Assembly (NCBI GenBank): GCA_903936565.1
Contig: CAIZVZ010000009.1
Location: forward strand, 44,840 to 108,839
Length of the DNA stretch: 64,000 nucleotides
Reading direction: 5' to 3'
Source: an uncultured bacterium
GTDB lineage: Bacteria > Patescibacteriota > Minisyncoccia > Phycocordibacterales > CAIZLB01
In this document: positions 38,888 through 49,692 of the stretch, piece after piece
Layout of the letters: every line of letters starts with the position of its first letter
Numbering within the stretch: position 1 is the stretch's first letter
Program-made: the position numbers and the translations under genes
The notes under the pieces: generated by a model
The model's input: only the letters and a program-made list of their open reading frames with translations
Databases searched by the model: none
Told to the model about the DNA's origin: nothing

Positions 38888-40198
38888 ATGCCACAGGTAA
38901 AAACAGACGTAGAGACATTTGCAAGAATAAAAGTTGTTGGTGTTGGAGGTTCAGGAAAAAACGCAATCAACCACATGATCAACTCCAAAGTTAAGGGTGT
39001 TGATTTTCTTGCAATAAATACTGACGCACAAGATCTACATCACTCAATGGCAAAAAGGAAAATTCACATCGGAAAAAATCTTACTAAAGGATTGGGTGCC
39101 GGAATGAATCCAGAAGTTGGTCGACAAGCAGCAGAGGAAACAAAAGAAGAAATTCAAGAAGCACTAAAGAATTCTGACATGGTTTTTGTTGCTGGAGGAT
39201 TAGGTGGAGGAACAGGATCAGGTGCATCCCCTATCGTTGCAAAAATTTCTAAAGAAATGGGAGCTCTAACTGTTGGAGTCGTTACAAAGCCTTTTTCATT
39301 CGAAGGACAACAACGTATGCGCCTTGCAGAACACGCACTTGAAGAATTGAGTAAAGCAGTTGATGCTCTTGTTGTAATTCCAAACGACAAACTTCTAGCC
39401 GCAGTCACAAAAGACACAACAGCAAAGAACGCGTTTGCAATGTGTGATGAGGTCCTAAAGCAAGCCGTTGAAGGAATTTCAGAACTTATCACAACTCCTG
39501 GAACAGTTGGAAACATTGACTTTGCGGACATCCGAGCAGTCCTTGAGAATGCAGGTCCAGCCCTTATGGGAATTGGTTCAGCATCAGGTGAGAAGAGAGC
39601 AGAGGAAGCAGCTCGTGCAGCAATCAGCTCTCCCCTACTCGATGTTTCAATTCATGGCGCAAAGGGCGTACTATTCTCTATCGCAGGTAACGACGATTTA
39701 ACTATGTGGGAAATCCAAGAGGCAGCAAAGCTTATCACAGACTCAGTTGACCCTGATGCGAAGATTATCTTTGGAACAGTCAAGGATGAAAGACTAAAGA
39801 AAAATGAATTAAAGATTACAGTTATTGCTGCAAACTTCCCTGATAATAGTGCAATAAGAAAAACTATTTTCGATAGTATGTCATCAAGAAATTCTGCTCC
39901 AGTTTTTGGATCAAAAGAAACAATAGAGCGACCTGAGAGACCAGCTTCTTCAAATGTAGAAATAAACACGACAACTCCACAAAATGTTGAAGTTCAAGTT
40001 CAAACAAAGAGTGAGGAAAGCAAAGGTAAGATTCACAACACAATTCATACTCCATCTACAAACACTGCACATAGTACTCCAAAAACAATTGAGGAAACAA
40101 AGGAGGAGGAGAACCCAAATGCCCCACTACAAGGCGTTCAGGACGATGATGATGAATGGAATTCAATTCCAGCATTCCTAAGAAGAGCGAAGAAGTAG
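38888..40198 (+). CDS. ftsZ: cell division GTPase FtsZ
   Basis: GVGGSGKNAINHMI. Tubulin signature GGLGGGTGSGASPIVA. Disordered C-terminal linker. Confidence 0.95.
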   Translation: MPQVKTDVETFARIKVVGVGGSGKNAINHMINSKVKGVDFLAINTDAQDLHHSMAKRKIHIGKNLTKGLGAGMNPEVGRQAAEETKEEIQEALKNSDMVFVAGGLGGGTGSGASPIVAKISKEMGALTVGVVTKPFSFEGQQRMRLAEHALEELSKAVDALVVIPNDKLLAAVTKDTTAKNAFAMCDEVLKQAVEGISELITTPGTVGNIDFADIRAVLENAGPALMGIGSASGEKRAEEAARAAISSPLLDVSIHGAKGVLFSIAGNDDLTMWEIQEAAKLITDSVDPDAKIIFGTVKDERLKKNELKITVIAANFPDNSAIRKTIFDSMSSRNSAPVFGSKETIERPERPASSNVEINTTTPQNVEVQVQTKSEESKGKIHNTIHTPSTNTAHSTPKTIEETKEEENPNAPLQGVQDDDDEWNSIPAFLRRAKK

Positions 40199-40216
40199 GC
40201 AATTTTTATGCGTAAA

Positions 40217-40294
40217 AATTGTGCCAAAATCAGCAGATTTTGGCCGTATTTGTAAACGTGCAAATTGTGCCAAAATCAGCAGATTTTGGCCATA
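40217..40294 (+). repeat. two copies of a 32 bp hairpin-containing direct repeat (aaattgtgccaaaatcagcagattttggccRta), 46 bp period, just after the ftsZ stop
   Basis: Each copy contains the perfect palindrome gccaaaatcagcagattttggc. Copies at 40217-40248 and 40263-40294. Confidence 0.6.
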
Positions 40295-40361
40295 GTGCAA
40301 ACGTTCAATTCTTCCAAACGATGATTTGGAAGAATCACCTACCGGGTGATATAATGATTCC

Positions 40362-41324
40362 ATGAAAACATACGATCTTCTAATAATTGGTGGCGGCCCA
40401 GCGGGAGTTGCGGCTGGCGTTTATGCGTCTCGTAAAAAATTACAAACTCTTTTGGTGACAGAAGATTTTGGTGGGCAAAGTGTTGTCTCAGAAGGAATAG
40501 AAAATTGGATTGGAACTATCAAAATCTCTGGTGCTGATTTAGCAAAGTCACTAGAAAACCATCTAAAGGCTTACGCTGGAGATGTTGTTGAAATAAAAAC
40601 TGGCAACAGAATTATCTCGATTGAAAAGCATACAGATTACACAGAAGTGAATCCCCTATTTATTTCCAAGATGAAAAGTTCATTTGGCGAAGAGATTACC
40701 GAGGTTATTTCAAAGACAGTTTTAATAACAACAGGAAGCGCCCATAGAAAACTTCCAGCAAAAGGTGCTGATACATTCGAACACAAAGGTCTTACATACT
40801 GCGCAACATGCGATGGCCCACTTTTTTCAGATACAGATGTTGTGGTTATCGGTGGAGGAAATGCAGCCCTCGAATCTGCCGCTCAACTTTCAGCGTATTG
40901 CAAAAGTGTAACAATAATTAATAGAAGTAAAACCTGGAGAGCTGATCCAATAACTGTAGAGAAGGTTTTAGCAAAACCAAACGTTAACCTAATTACACCA
41001 GCTGAAGTTGTGGAGGTTAAGGGTGAGCAATTTGTTAGTAGTTTATTATACAAGAACAGTGAGACAGGTGAGGAAAAGGAGCTGGCTGTGAATGGAATAT
41101 TTGTAGAAATTGGAATGATTCCCGCTACATCTTTTGCAAAAGACATTGTCAGCTTAAATGAATACAATAAGATAATTGTCGATCCAATGACCGAAAGAAC
41201 TGAAACAGCCGGTATTTGGGCCGCAGGTGACTGTACAAACGGTTTATATCACCAAAACAATATAGCTGTGGGTGACGCTGTAAAAGCTCTGGAGGACATA
41301 TACATGAGCTTAAGCAGGAGGTGA
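40362..41324 (+). CDS. trxB: thioredoxin-disulfide reductase
   Basis: FAD motif LLIIGGGPAGVAAGVYA. Redox-active CATCDG. NADPH motif VVVIGGGNAALE. Confidence 0.9.
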   Translation: MKTYDLLIIGGGPAGVAAGVYASRKKLQTLLVTEDFGGQSVVSEGIENWIGTIKISGADLAKSLENHLKAYAGDVVEIKTGNRIISIEKHTDYTEVNPLFISKMKSSFGEEITEVISKTVLITTGSAHRKLPAKGADTFEHKGLTYCATCDGPLFSDTDVVVIGGGNAALESAAQLSAYCKSVTIINRSKTWRADPITVEKVLAKPNVNLITPAEVVEVKGEQFVSSLLYKNSETGEEKELAVNGIFVEIGMIPATSFAKDIVSLNEYNKIIVDPMTERTETAGIWAAGDCTNGLYHQNNIAVGDAVKALEDIYMSLSRR

Positions 41325-41377
41325 TTCAGCAGACGATTCAGCAGAATCGCCACATAGGCTCACCTACTGGGCAATAA

Positions 41378-41821
41378 CTATTTGAAATCCATAACACTCA
41401 AAAATATCAATTTACCTTCATTGATTTTACGTAAAACAACCTTAACCCTTAGACACTCTATATCGGCTGTTATACCCCAAAATTCTGCCTTTGTATCTCC
41501 CGCCATTGAGATCCTATATTCAATTTTGGAATTTTCATTTTCCAACACCAATTTACAATATTTCAATAATTCGAATCTCCTTCTTTGCCCAACAAAAGTT
41601 CTGTTATGACCCTCTTTTCTAACTAGATGGTTCAAACCATGTCTATTGAATACAACTTCCTCATCTAAAAGCACTCTGCATTTTACAGTTTTTATTTCAT
41701 AGTATTCTACTCTTTTTTTTAATATGTAGTCATCAAATTTATTCATGTCCACTATCATACAAATAAACACATAAGGTAAAACCAAAGTTTTTCTAAAAAA
41801 GGTTTTGCAATAAACAGACAC
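41378..41821 (-). CDS. hypothetical protein (147 aa)
   Basis: Complete ORF with no known domain. Confidence 0.4.
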   Translation of the reverse strand: MSVYCKTFFRKTLVLPYVFICMIVDMNKFDDYILKKRVEYYEIKTVKCRVLLDEEVVFNRHGLNHLVRKEGHNRTFVGQRRRFELLKYCKLVLENENSKIEYRISMAGDTKAEFWGITADIECLRVKVVLRKINEGKLIFLSVMDFK

Positions 41822-42019
41822 GCCATTGTCAATATTGATTTTTTAAAAAATAGGAGTAATATATAGTTTATAGCTTGTGAACCATTGGTTTTACCACCAA
41901 CATGATTCTTGTGGCATCGTAGCTGCAACAAGCATTACAAAATACCCCTACGGGGGTATTTTGTTTTACTGAAGTTAAACGAAAAACAATATGGATAAAT
42001 CCATATTGTTTTTACTTAG

Positions 42020-42093
42020 TGGGCGATACAGGGCTCGAACCTGTGACCTCAGACACGTCAAGTCTGCGCTCTAGCCAACTGAGCTAATCGCCC
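42020..42093 (-). tRNA. tRNA-Val (GAC)
   Basis: Minus strand. Acceptor gggcgat/atcgccc, anticodon stem cagac/gtctg with loop uuGACgu, T-loop ggttcgagccc. Confidence 0.85.
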
Positions 42094-42172
42094 TTTATTT
42101 CCCGTCCTTACTACCCCAAGTTCTCCCCGCATACTGTTGCATAACAGCTATTAATACAATATCATATAAAGC

Positions 42173-42736
42173 ATGAGTGAATCAACCACCTACTGCGCCT
42201 CAACTACGGAACAGGGGCAAGTGATAGATTTCGAAGCTGGACAAAGATACACCACGACAGGAGGTAATGAATATGTCGTAGATTTTATAGCTAGAGAATC
42301 TGGAAATATTGTTGATCTTTTTGTCGTCTATAATAAGATATCAAAAGAACAAGACGGTGTTCAATCAAGATTTTTTTTAAAGAAAACAACCGACCTAAAA
42401 AGTGCGGACAGCTTTGACGAACAAACATCGACCGATACAGCGCTGGAAACTACAATGGGAGAATCTGAGGATCTCGATATATCTATTGGACAAAAATATC
42501 AGCATTTCAAGACAAATGATTTTTATATAATAAAAGCCATCGCTCATGACCCCGTAAAACCTAAAAATAGATTTGTTATTTATGAAGGTCAATATGATTC
42601 ACCTGATTTTGGACACAATCCAATTTGGGTCAGAGAAATTGGAGATTTTACAGGCATGAAAACTTTTGGAGAAAATGAATTGGACGAAAATGGACAACCA
42701 AAAGCACCAGTTAAGAGGTTTAAATTAATAGAATAA
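42173..42736 (+). CDS. DUF1653-like repeat protein (187 aa)
   Basis: GQKYQHFKTNDFYIIKAIAHDPVKPKNRFVIYEGQYDSPDFGHNPIWVREIGDF fits the DUF1653 pattern (YxHYKG.Y...HSET.E..VVY...YG....WVRP...F). A degenerate second copy lies N-terminally. Confidence 0.45.
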   Translation: MSESTTYCASTTEQGQVIDFEAGQRYTTTGGNEYVVDFIARESGNIVDLFVVYNKISKEQDGVQSRFFLKKTTDLKSADSFDEQTSTDTALETTMGESEDLDISIGQKYQHFKTNDFYIIKAIAHDPVKPKNRFVIYEGQYDSPDFGHNPIWVREIGDFTGMKTFGENELDENGQPKAPVKRFKLIE

Positions 42737-42746
42737 TAAAACATTC

Positions 42747-43325
42747 ATGAATCATGAAATAGATGCATATAATCAAGAAAGGGAATTTCAACATCTAGCT
42801 GTTGAGGCTGTAAGAAAAAGAGTGGCCGAATTCACTTTTCAAATTGAAGAGCTAGACAGACAACAATCTGAAAACGGCTACGCAAACTTTAATCCAGAGG
42901 AAAATGCTGAAATGTTTGGTAGAAGTGACATTACATTACAACAATATTTTTACAATGAAATTAGTAATCTAAGGGCTGGAATGAGTATTATCAGTGATAA
43001 GGGCGTGGGAGAAAGGTTATTTTCAGAGATCAGTGCATTACTAATAAGGATTGATAAAGTTTTTAAACCAGAGGATTTTATAGTCGAGTATATTGGCATT
43101 ATAAGTGCAATACTAACAAACGTTGATAACATAGCTCACACACCAGGACAATCAAAACATATTCCAATTGCACTTACACAGGTGGGAAAAATGGTTTCCA
43201 TCTTTAACTCATTCATTGAAACAAGGAGTTTAGAAATCGATGACGATACCCGTGAAGAAATTATCGACATCAACAAGTTACTCATACACCATAAAATTCC
43301 TGAAATTATCACAACGCAAAACTAG
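42747..43325 (+). CDS. hypothetical protein (192 aa)
   Basis: Complete ORF immediately downstream, probably co-transcribed with the preceding gene. Confidence 0.4.
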   Translation: MNHEIDAYNQEREFQHLAVEAVRKRVAEFTFQIEELDRQQSENGYANFNPEENAEMFGRSDITLQQYFYNEISNLRAGMSIISDKGVGERLFSEISALLIRIDKVFKPEDFIVEYIGIISAILTNVDNIAHTPGQSKHIPIALTQVGKMVSIFNSFIETRSLEIDDDTREEIIDINKLLIHHKIPEIITTQN

Positions 43326-43360
43326 ATTATTTACAAATATATTTTAATTTATCACCAATG

Positions 43361-46300
43361 TTATCTCTGTGTCTTAGATTGATCAGTAACAGACATTCGA
43401 TAGGTTTGACTAACTTTCTTTGATGAATTTGCGACTTGAACCGAGAAAGAATAATCCCCTAATAATCTTGGCCATCCGCTGATACTAGCTTTGTTTGTTT
43501 CAGAGCTTGTACAAGTAGAGTTTAGAAGAGCTGTGCACACTATTGTTTCCTTATTAAGCAACAAACCTGGCGGCAATGCTCCGTCCAAAATAGTCCACGT
43601 TAGATTTGAAATGCTTGAACTTGCAAAACCTGTTGCGGTCAATATTTGCTGATAGAAAGGTCCATTAGTTACAGCATCAGGCAAAGTTATGGGGCTTATT
43701 GACATGTCTGTTGTGGATGAATTTGGGTTTGAAGATGAAGCTTGTAGTCTCAGCTTAGCCAAAAGGGCTCTTGTTGCTTGTCCAAAGTTTCCAGTTGCGG
43801 GAGTAATCTTGTTGGCCTTCTGGAATTTTATTAGTGCTTTTTTTGTTAAAGCCCCAAAATATGTTGACTCTTTTCCCACAGAGCCTGTGCCAGTAGGAGA
43901 TATTATAAAACCACTAGAGTTAAGAAGTATTTGAAGAGCCTTAACATCATTTCCTGTTGAACCAACATTCAAATTTCTGTTAGACAATGCAATGTTTTTT
44001 AGTGAGGTCACAAGCGAAGGCGAAGTTACGGCACCAGGTACTAAACTGTATACAGTGTTGGCCGATGACGATGCGATTGTATTTACCAAGTTTACTGGAG
44101 AGTACGAAGAACTTCCCCCGCTTCCTCCGCCGCCTCCCCCACCACCTCCTCCGCCGCCGCCACCAGCAATAGGTGGAGGTAGAGGGGCCTTAGGTAATAC
44201 AACGGCGTCAATTACATTTAATTCCACAGTATTACTGTCACCAGTTGTGGGATGATTAACACTTACAATATAATCTCCTGGTGGAACATTGGGGGTAAAT
44301 TGGATTACCTGCCCACCTCCTGTACTCACAGCTGTTATCGAAGTGGAACTACCCGTTGATCTATTGAACAAATTTACAGTGTTTCCTGAGTCGGCAAATC
44401 TAATACCCTGAAGAGAGATGGCCAAGTTAGATGGAGTAGAAGTAGCGGAGATTGAAGTAATAATTGGACAGACCTCACCAATAACAGCAATATCATTCGT
44501 GCTGTTATTTGATGAAAATCTTATAAAACTTTGATTTGGATATTTACCTAATGTAATTCCATAAAGTACGCCATGATACAAACCAGCAAACATAGACTTG
44601 GGGTTAGATGATGCGTTTACAGTAAACGTTGCAGTAGTATTTGCTGGAATAATATAGTAATCATTCGAGTCATCTGACGATGTAGCAATTGTACCTGTTG
44701 CTTGTTCATAATATTGACGTCCATATGTGCGCATTGAGGAACAACCCAAGTCTACTGGGCAACTTGAACTCGAATCAATAAATGAATTAAAACTATAAGT
44801 TTGCGAAATGAATTGGTCTTCACTACCCGCATCAACTGCAACATTAAATGTACTTATCAATTCACTTTCCCCATTAGCACCATCATAAGAAAGCGCTAAA
44901 GTGGATGAACCAACAATTGTCACTTGTGGAGGTTTTTGTACTGCAATGGCAACCGAACTTGTAGCAACACAACCGAAACATCCTGTTCGCTGATTATCGT
45001 GGAGTGTTGTAGTCCAATCCATAGCAGTACTATCGTATGCTGTTCCCAAATCAAGCGCAAACAACATTAATCTATTATCATTTCCAAAACCATAGTGAAA
45101 ATCTGAAGGTAGCTCCATTGCCTCCAGAACAATATCTGACTTTCCATCACCGTTAAAGTCATCGACAATCACAGGTGAACCCCAAAAATCTTCTATCGCC
45201 CCAAGGGTTGGTACTTCTATATTTCTTTCCAAAACACCAGCTTTATTTAATATCTGCACACCGGAATTATTACCATCAAAAAAGCGAGATCTATAGCTGA
45301 GAATAATTTGTGACTCTCCATTATTATTTACATCCCCTATTGCAATAGATTCTATATTAGGATTTGTAAACACATAGCCACTTTCGTCGTTTGAAAAAAT
45401 TGTATTCAATGAACCATCAAGTAACATTATTTTATTACTTTGTGATACCGCTCCATATGTATCTTTAAGCACAGCAACAATACCGGGAGTGCTTGTTCCT
45501 ATAAGTTTACCAATGGCTATTTGAGATGCAGAATATCCAAAAATCGGCGAGGATGATGCAACTATATTTCCTTCACTGTCTATAATATTGATGTAAGTAG
45601 TATAAGCATTAGGATTAGATGAATTAGCTTTAAATAGGTCTTTGTCTACAGTACTATACATAAATACCATTTCTGTATTTCCATCATTATGAAAATCTGC
45701 CACTGCAGGTAAAGCAATAGTAATTTGTTCATTTTTACCAGTACCATCATGCATGAGCACTTTATTCAATAGTTGATTATCAGAAGAATACGCATTTATA
45801 TATAATCTGGTATTATCAAAAACATCAAAGTACACTGGGTCCCTATCATAAACTCCGGTTACGACGACCATGTTTTGATTGGTAGTTGATCCATTGTTTA
45901 TATTTCTCAAGAAGGATGGGTGCTGCGCTGAAAATGCATGTGAACTAGTACCTTCAATTGCATCAGATACTACTAATGGGAAATTGCTCATTTTTTTCCC
46001 TTGAAAGTCATACCCGTGCAATCTAATCTTTTGATTAGTAGCATTGATTGATAGCCAATAGACCTCAGGAGTGCCGTCATAGTTTCTATCAAATATAGTA
46101 CTTGGTGAAAAAAAATCAGTCCTATCCTGTAAGATTGTTTTATGAACAACACCATCTAGATTTGTAATATAGGCTGATCCGATACTGTTCACGGTAGCCA
46201 TAAAGTTTTTCTTACCTACGGCGTCGTAATAAATTGCAGGCATTGGATCATCTGCAATTTCAGATCCATCACTTAATGACGAAAGAACAGTATGAGAACC

Positions 46301-48640
46301 ATCACTATTATAAAAATAAAACGTGTAAGGAGGCTCACAAACTCCAAGGGCGCAATTAGAGTAATACGGAACCACCATCCTTTTAGTGGACTGGTCACCG
46401 TCATCCCTAACAATACTTTGTACACCCCTTGGAAAACCTTCTAGCTGTTGGGGCCAATTATTTAGCAACTCCTTTAAAACAACAAACTGAAAAGGATCAC
46501 TTTTCTTCCAAACACCCTGAGATAGTACCTCCAGATAAAGTGAGTGTTTTCCATTTTGCAATATATTAAAATCAACAGAGCATGTCATTTGCACATCATA
46601 AACTGAACTACCACTACATAGAACCGTTCCTGTTACTGCATCATCTGCAAGTATCCTAAAATTAGTTCCTTCTGGGTATAAAATCCTAAATTTTATAGCT
46701 TGAGTGCTACCATTAACATAATTTAAATTATTTCCAACAGATTCAATCCATTCATTTTTTACATCCAACACAGCAACATCTTCACTCGTACTTCCATTTG
46801 TATTTTGGACACTTAGCTTAATCGTATAGTAGCCTTCATCGAGAGATTTTGTATCCAAGGAATAAAGTTTACCGTTTGTAACCTGCTGACTTGATGTTGA
46901 GATGACAGTAAATGAATTTCCAAAACTAGGTGGATAACCATTAGTGTACGAAAGGGTATAACTCGAAAAATTATCGAATGCTGTTGCGGTACCAACGATG
47001 TCCACAATTCCCTGCCCTATTGGCATCGCTGCCAAGTGAGAAACTGGTGGTCTAGAAATCCCCACAGACTGAAGTACATCAATTCTTCCATAACCCACAT
47101 TATTATAATTAGGAGAAATATACTTAGAGCCATTCATAATAGCCGCCTTAACCTCTGCTGGAGTCCAATTAGGATGTAATTGTAATATAAGTGCCGCTTC
47201 TCCAGCAACATGAGGAGTCGCCATTGAAGTTCCTGAAAGTGAGATATGATTTGCATCATTATTACATGCTGTATCTCCTTCTCCCGCAAAAGAAGTGCCC
47301 CAATGCGCCGCACAAATATTTACACCTGGAGCTGTTACATCCGGTTTTGCAAGAGACATTTGAGTTCCACTTGCATTGACCCAAATTACAGGGCCCCGGG
47401 CACTAAAAGAGGCAATGTTATCATCATTGTCAGTTGCTCCAACGGTAATTGCATTTCTGGCTGTACCCGGTGAATTAATTGTTCTAGAATTTGGTCCAGA
47501 GTTTCCAGCTGCAACAGTTACAACAACGCCATTAGCAACAGCATTATCTACTGCCTTTGACATATCATCATCGGGGTCACCAACCCCTCCAAGACTCAAT
47601 GACGCAATATCTAAGTGGTCCGAAACATCTCCATCATGATTAGGGTCAACAGCGGCCTCTATCCCAGCGATGATATTATCAGAAGTTCCCGAACCCGTAC
47701 TATTCAAAACCTTATATGCATATATTGTTGCCCCAGGAGCAACTCCCTTAAGTACACCGTTTCCAGCCGCAATAGAAGCTACATGCGTTCCATGTCCATC
47801 ATCATCCATTGGATCATTATCATTATTAACAAAGTCGTATCCACTAAATACCTTACAATCTACTGTTGTCGTTCCAACTTGTGTACCATAACAGCCCCCA
47901 AGATCAGGATGTAGATAGTCCACACCTGTATCAATTATTGCAATTGTTATACCACTACCTGTTATTGAAGTGCTCGCAACAGCCCCTGCCCAAACTTCTG
48001 GAGCATGGATTAGTGGAACAGAATTCATTAGCGACGCTTTTACAGTTTTAACTTTTTCAATACTTTTTACGTTAGAAAGCTTTTTAAGTTTTGCCAACTC
48101 ATCGCCATTAATGTTTAACACTACAGCATTCAAAACTGCATTAAATCTGTGTAATTTGTTTTTTGACGTTAGTGGATTATTCCTCGCAGCAACCGATGCT
48201 GGTAAGGTACTTAAAAATGAGCTTTGCTGATTTATTATTTTTGTCCTTTGATTTTGTAGTATAGTTCTTGTAGCTTGAGAGGCAAGCACCAGATTCCCTT
48301 TTGGATTTTTTAACCTCATGCTTTTTACAGTCGAGGAAATGGACGGCTCTTTAAGTTCTACAATGTATCTCTGAACCGAATTATCCTTCTCTGGAATGAA
48401 GTCGGCATTTTGAATTTTTAATCTTGGTAACGATGAATCCAATCCGCTTGTCAGAAGAGTGCTATTTAACCTTTTCAAGGCGTTACTTTGTCCTGTAGAC
48501 AGTGCGGATAAAGATTGCTGTATTTTAGATGGGGCTACCTGAGACTCACTTGCAAAAGTAGTGGTTGCAAAAACTATAGCTACCAAAAGACCGAATGTAG
48601 TAATTGAAACTAATGAGAAAAAATACTTACGCCTAGTCAT
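43361..48640 (-). CDS. giant secreted subtilisin-like (S8) serine protease with FG-GAP-like repeat region, poly-Gly linker and C-terminal peptidoglycan-binding domain
   Basis: Signal peptide. Catalytic triad contexts IAIIDTGVDYLHPDL (Asp), DDGHGTHVASIAAGN (His), GTSMATPHVAGEAA (Ser). GGGGGGGGGGGGGGSGGS tract. PG_binding_1-like GNDVKALQILLNSSGFIISPTGTG...TKKALIKFQKANKITPATGNFG. Confidence 0.85.
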   Translation of the reverse strand: MTRRKYFFSLVSITTFGLLVAIVFATTTFASESQVAPSKIQQSLSALSTGQSNALKRLNSTLLTSGLDSSLPRLKIQNADFIPEKDNSVQRYIVELKEPSISSTVKSMRLKNPKGNLVLASQATRTILQNQRTKIINQQSSFLSTLPASVAARNNPLTSKNKLHRFNAVLNAVVLNINGDELAKLKKLSNVKSIEKVKTVKASLMNSVPLIHAPEVWAGAVASTSITGSGITIAIIDTGVDYLHPDLGGCYGTQVGTTTVDCKVFSGYDFVNNDNDPMDDDGHGTHVASIAAGNGVLKGVAPGATIYAYKVLNSTGSGTSDNIIAGIEAAVDPNHDGDVSDHLDIASLSLGGVGDPDDDMSKAVDNAVANGVVVTVAAGNSGPNSRTINSPGTARNAITVGATDNDDNIASFSARGPVIWVNASGTQMSLAKPDVTAPGVNICAAHWGTSFAGEGDTACNNDANHISLSGTSMATPHVAGEAALILQLHPNWTPAEVKAAIMNGSKYISPNYNNVGYGRIDVLQSVGISRPPVSHLAAMPIGQGIVDIVGTATAFDNFSSYTLSYTNGYPPSFGNSFTVISTSSQQVTNGKLYSLDTKSLDEGYYTIKLSVQNTNGSTSEDVAVLDVKNEWIESVGNNLNYVNGSTQAIKFRILYPEGTNFRILADDAVTGTVLCSGSSVYDVQMTCSVDFNILQNGKHSLYLEVLSQGVWKKSDPFQFVVLKELLNNWPQQLEGFPRGVQSIVRDDGDQSTKRMVVPYYSNCALGVCEPPYTFYFYNSDGSHTVLSSLSDGSEIADDPMPAIYYDAVGKKNFMATVNSIGSAYITNLDGVVHKTILQDRTDFFSPSTIFDRNYDGTPEVYWLSINATNQKIRLHGYDFQGKKMSNFPLVVSDAIEGTSSHAFSAQHPSFLRNINNGSTTNQNMVVVTGVYDRDPVYFDVFDNTRLYINAYSSDNQLLNKVLMHDGTGKNEQITIALPAVADFHNDGNTEMVFMYSTVDKDLFKANSSNPNAYTTYINIIDSEGNIVASSSPIFGYSASQIAIGKLIGTSTPGIVAVLKDTYGAVSQSNKIMLLDGSLNTIFSNDESGYVFTNPNIESIAIGDVNNNGESQIILSYRSRFFDGNNSGVQILNKAGVLERNIEVPTLGAIEDFWGSPVIVDDFNGDGKSDIVLEAMELPSDFHYGFGNDNRLMLFALDLGTAYDSTAMDWTTTLHDNQRTGCFGCVATSSVAIAVQKPPQVTIVGSSTLALSYDGANGESELISTFNVAVDAGSEDQFISQTYSFNSFIDSSSSCPVDLGCSSMRTYGRQYYEQATGTIATSSDDSNDYYIIPANTTATFTVNASSNPKSMFAGLYHGVLYGITLGKYPNQSFIRFSSNNSTNDIAVIGEVCPIITSISATSTPSNLAISLQGIRFADSGNTVNLFNRSTGSSTSITAVSTGGGQVIQFTPNVPPGDYIVSVNHPTTGDSNTVELNVIDAVVLPKAPLPPPIAGGGGGGGGGGGGGGSGGSSSYSPVNLVNTIASSSANTVYSLVPGAVTSPSLVTSLKNIALSNRNLNVGSTGNDVKALQILLNSSGFIISPTGTGSVGKESTYFGALTKKALIKFQKANKITPATGNFGQATRALLAKLRLQASSSNPNSSTTDMSISPITLPDAVTNGPFYQQILTATGFASSSISNLTWTILDGALPPGLLLNKETIVCTALLNSTCTSSETNKASISGWPRLLGDYSFSVQVANSSKKVSQTYRMSVTDQSKTQR

Positions 48641-48750
48641 TTATATATTATTACCTGTTATTATCATATATTGTATCAATTAACAGAAAAATTTCCTAAT
48701 GCAACCTAGACACCATTTCAACAAAGTGGCGAATATGCTATCTTATAGTA

Positions 48751-49674
48751 ATGAGTAAGATCTGGACCAGGTTTGGTATTTTTGTAATTTGCGCCTTTGC
48801 CTTAATTGGCTTTACTTTGACCTTCACATATATTGCCGTTAGGTTTGGTTGGACAAATACACCAGGAATCATAGATAATCAACACGACTATTTTAAGAAT
48901 CAAAAAGAGATACCGACAAACTCCGTAGCCACTACAGGTCCAGTATCATCGGAAATTGCAAAAATAAAAGATGCTGTGGAGACAACATTAACTGGTGCAG
49001 CATCAGCGACATCAACCACAACAAACAACGAAGCTTGGAAACAAAGCGATGAATGGAAGACATTAAAATCTGCAATTATCAAAGACAAGGAGTCCATAAA
49101 TAGAGCAGCTCTAGCAGCCAAGGTATCCCCTAGATTAATTGTATCAATACTCATTGTTGAACAGCTTCGTCTATTTCATTCCAATCGAGAAATTTTTAAA
49201 CAATTTTTTGCCCCACTTAGAGTTCTTGGCAATCAAAGTCAATTTTCATGGGGAGTTATGGGAATTAAGCAAGATACAGCTCGACAAATTGAAAATAATT
49301 TGAAAGATAAAAATTCACCATATTATCTTGGAACTGAGTTGGAACAAGCGCTTGATTTTCCAACAACAACGAATGTTGATTCTTTGAGATTTAATCGTTT
49401 AACAAATGATCAAGATCGTTATTACTCATATTTATATACCGGAGTAATGATAAAGGAAATTGAAATTCAGTGGCAAAGGGCAGGTTTTCCAATAAGTAAA
49501 CAGCCCGGCATCATAGCTACACTATTCAATATAGGTTTTAAAAATTCTAAGCCAAAAATGGATCCGCAAATTGGGGGCGCAGAAATTTACATAAATTCCA
49601 CATCCTATAGCTTTGGGGGTTTGGCTTTGAACTTCTATAATTCTAATGAATTGCTTGATGAATTTCCAAGGTAA
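48751..49674 (+). CDS. membrane-anchored hypothetical protein (307 aa)
   Basis: N-terminal TM segment. No known domain. Confidence 0.45.
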   Translation: MSKIWTRFGIFVICAFALIGFTLTFTYIAVRFGWTNTPGIIDNQHDYFKNQKEIPTNSVATTGPVSSEIAKIKDAVETTLTGAASATSTTTNNEAWKQSDEWKTLKSAIIKDKESINRAALAAKVSPRLIVSILIVEQLRLFHSNREIFKQFFAPLRVLGNQSQFSWGVMGIKQDTARQIENNLKDKNSPYYLGTELEQALDFPTTTNVDSLRFNRLTNDQDRYYSYLYTGVMIKEIEIQWQRAGFPISKQPGIIATLFNIGFKNSKPKMDPQIGGAEIYINSTSYSFGGLALNFYNSNELLDEFPR

Positions 49675-49692
49675 TCAGACTACGTCTTTTTG

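Noticed and set aside
40217-40294. Possible CRISPR array
   Set aside because: Only two repeat copies, a 46 bp period with a 14 bp spacer, and no cas genes. It is a simple tandem hairpin repeat.
44100-44170. Poly-G / (GGN)n simple repeat
   Set aside because: Lies in frame inside the S8 protease ORF and encodes a Gly linker. Reported as part of that CDS, not as a separate repeat feature.
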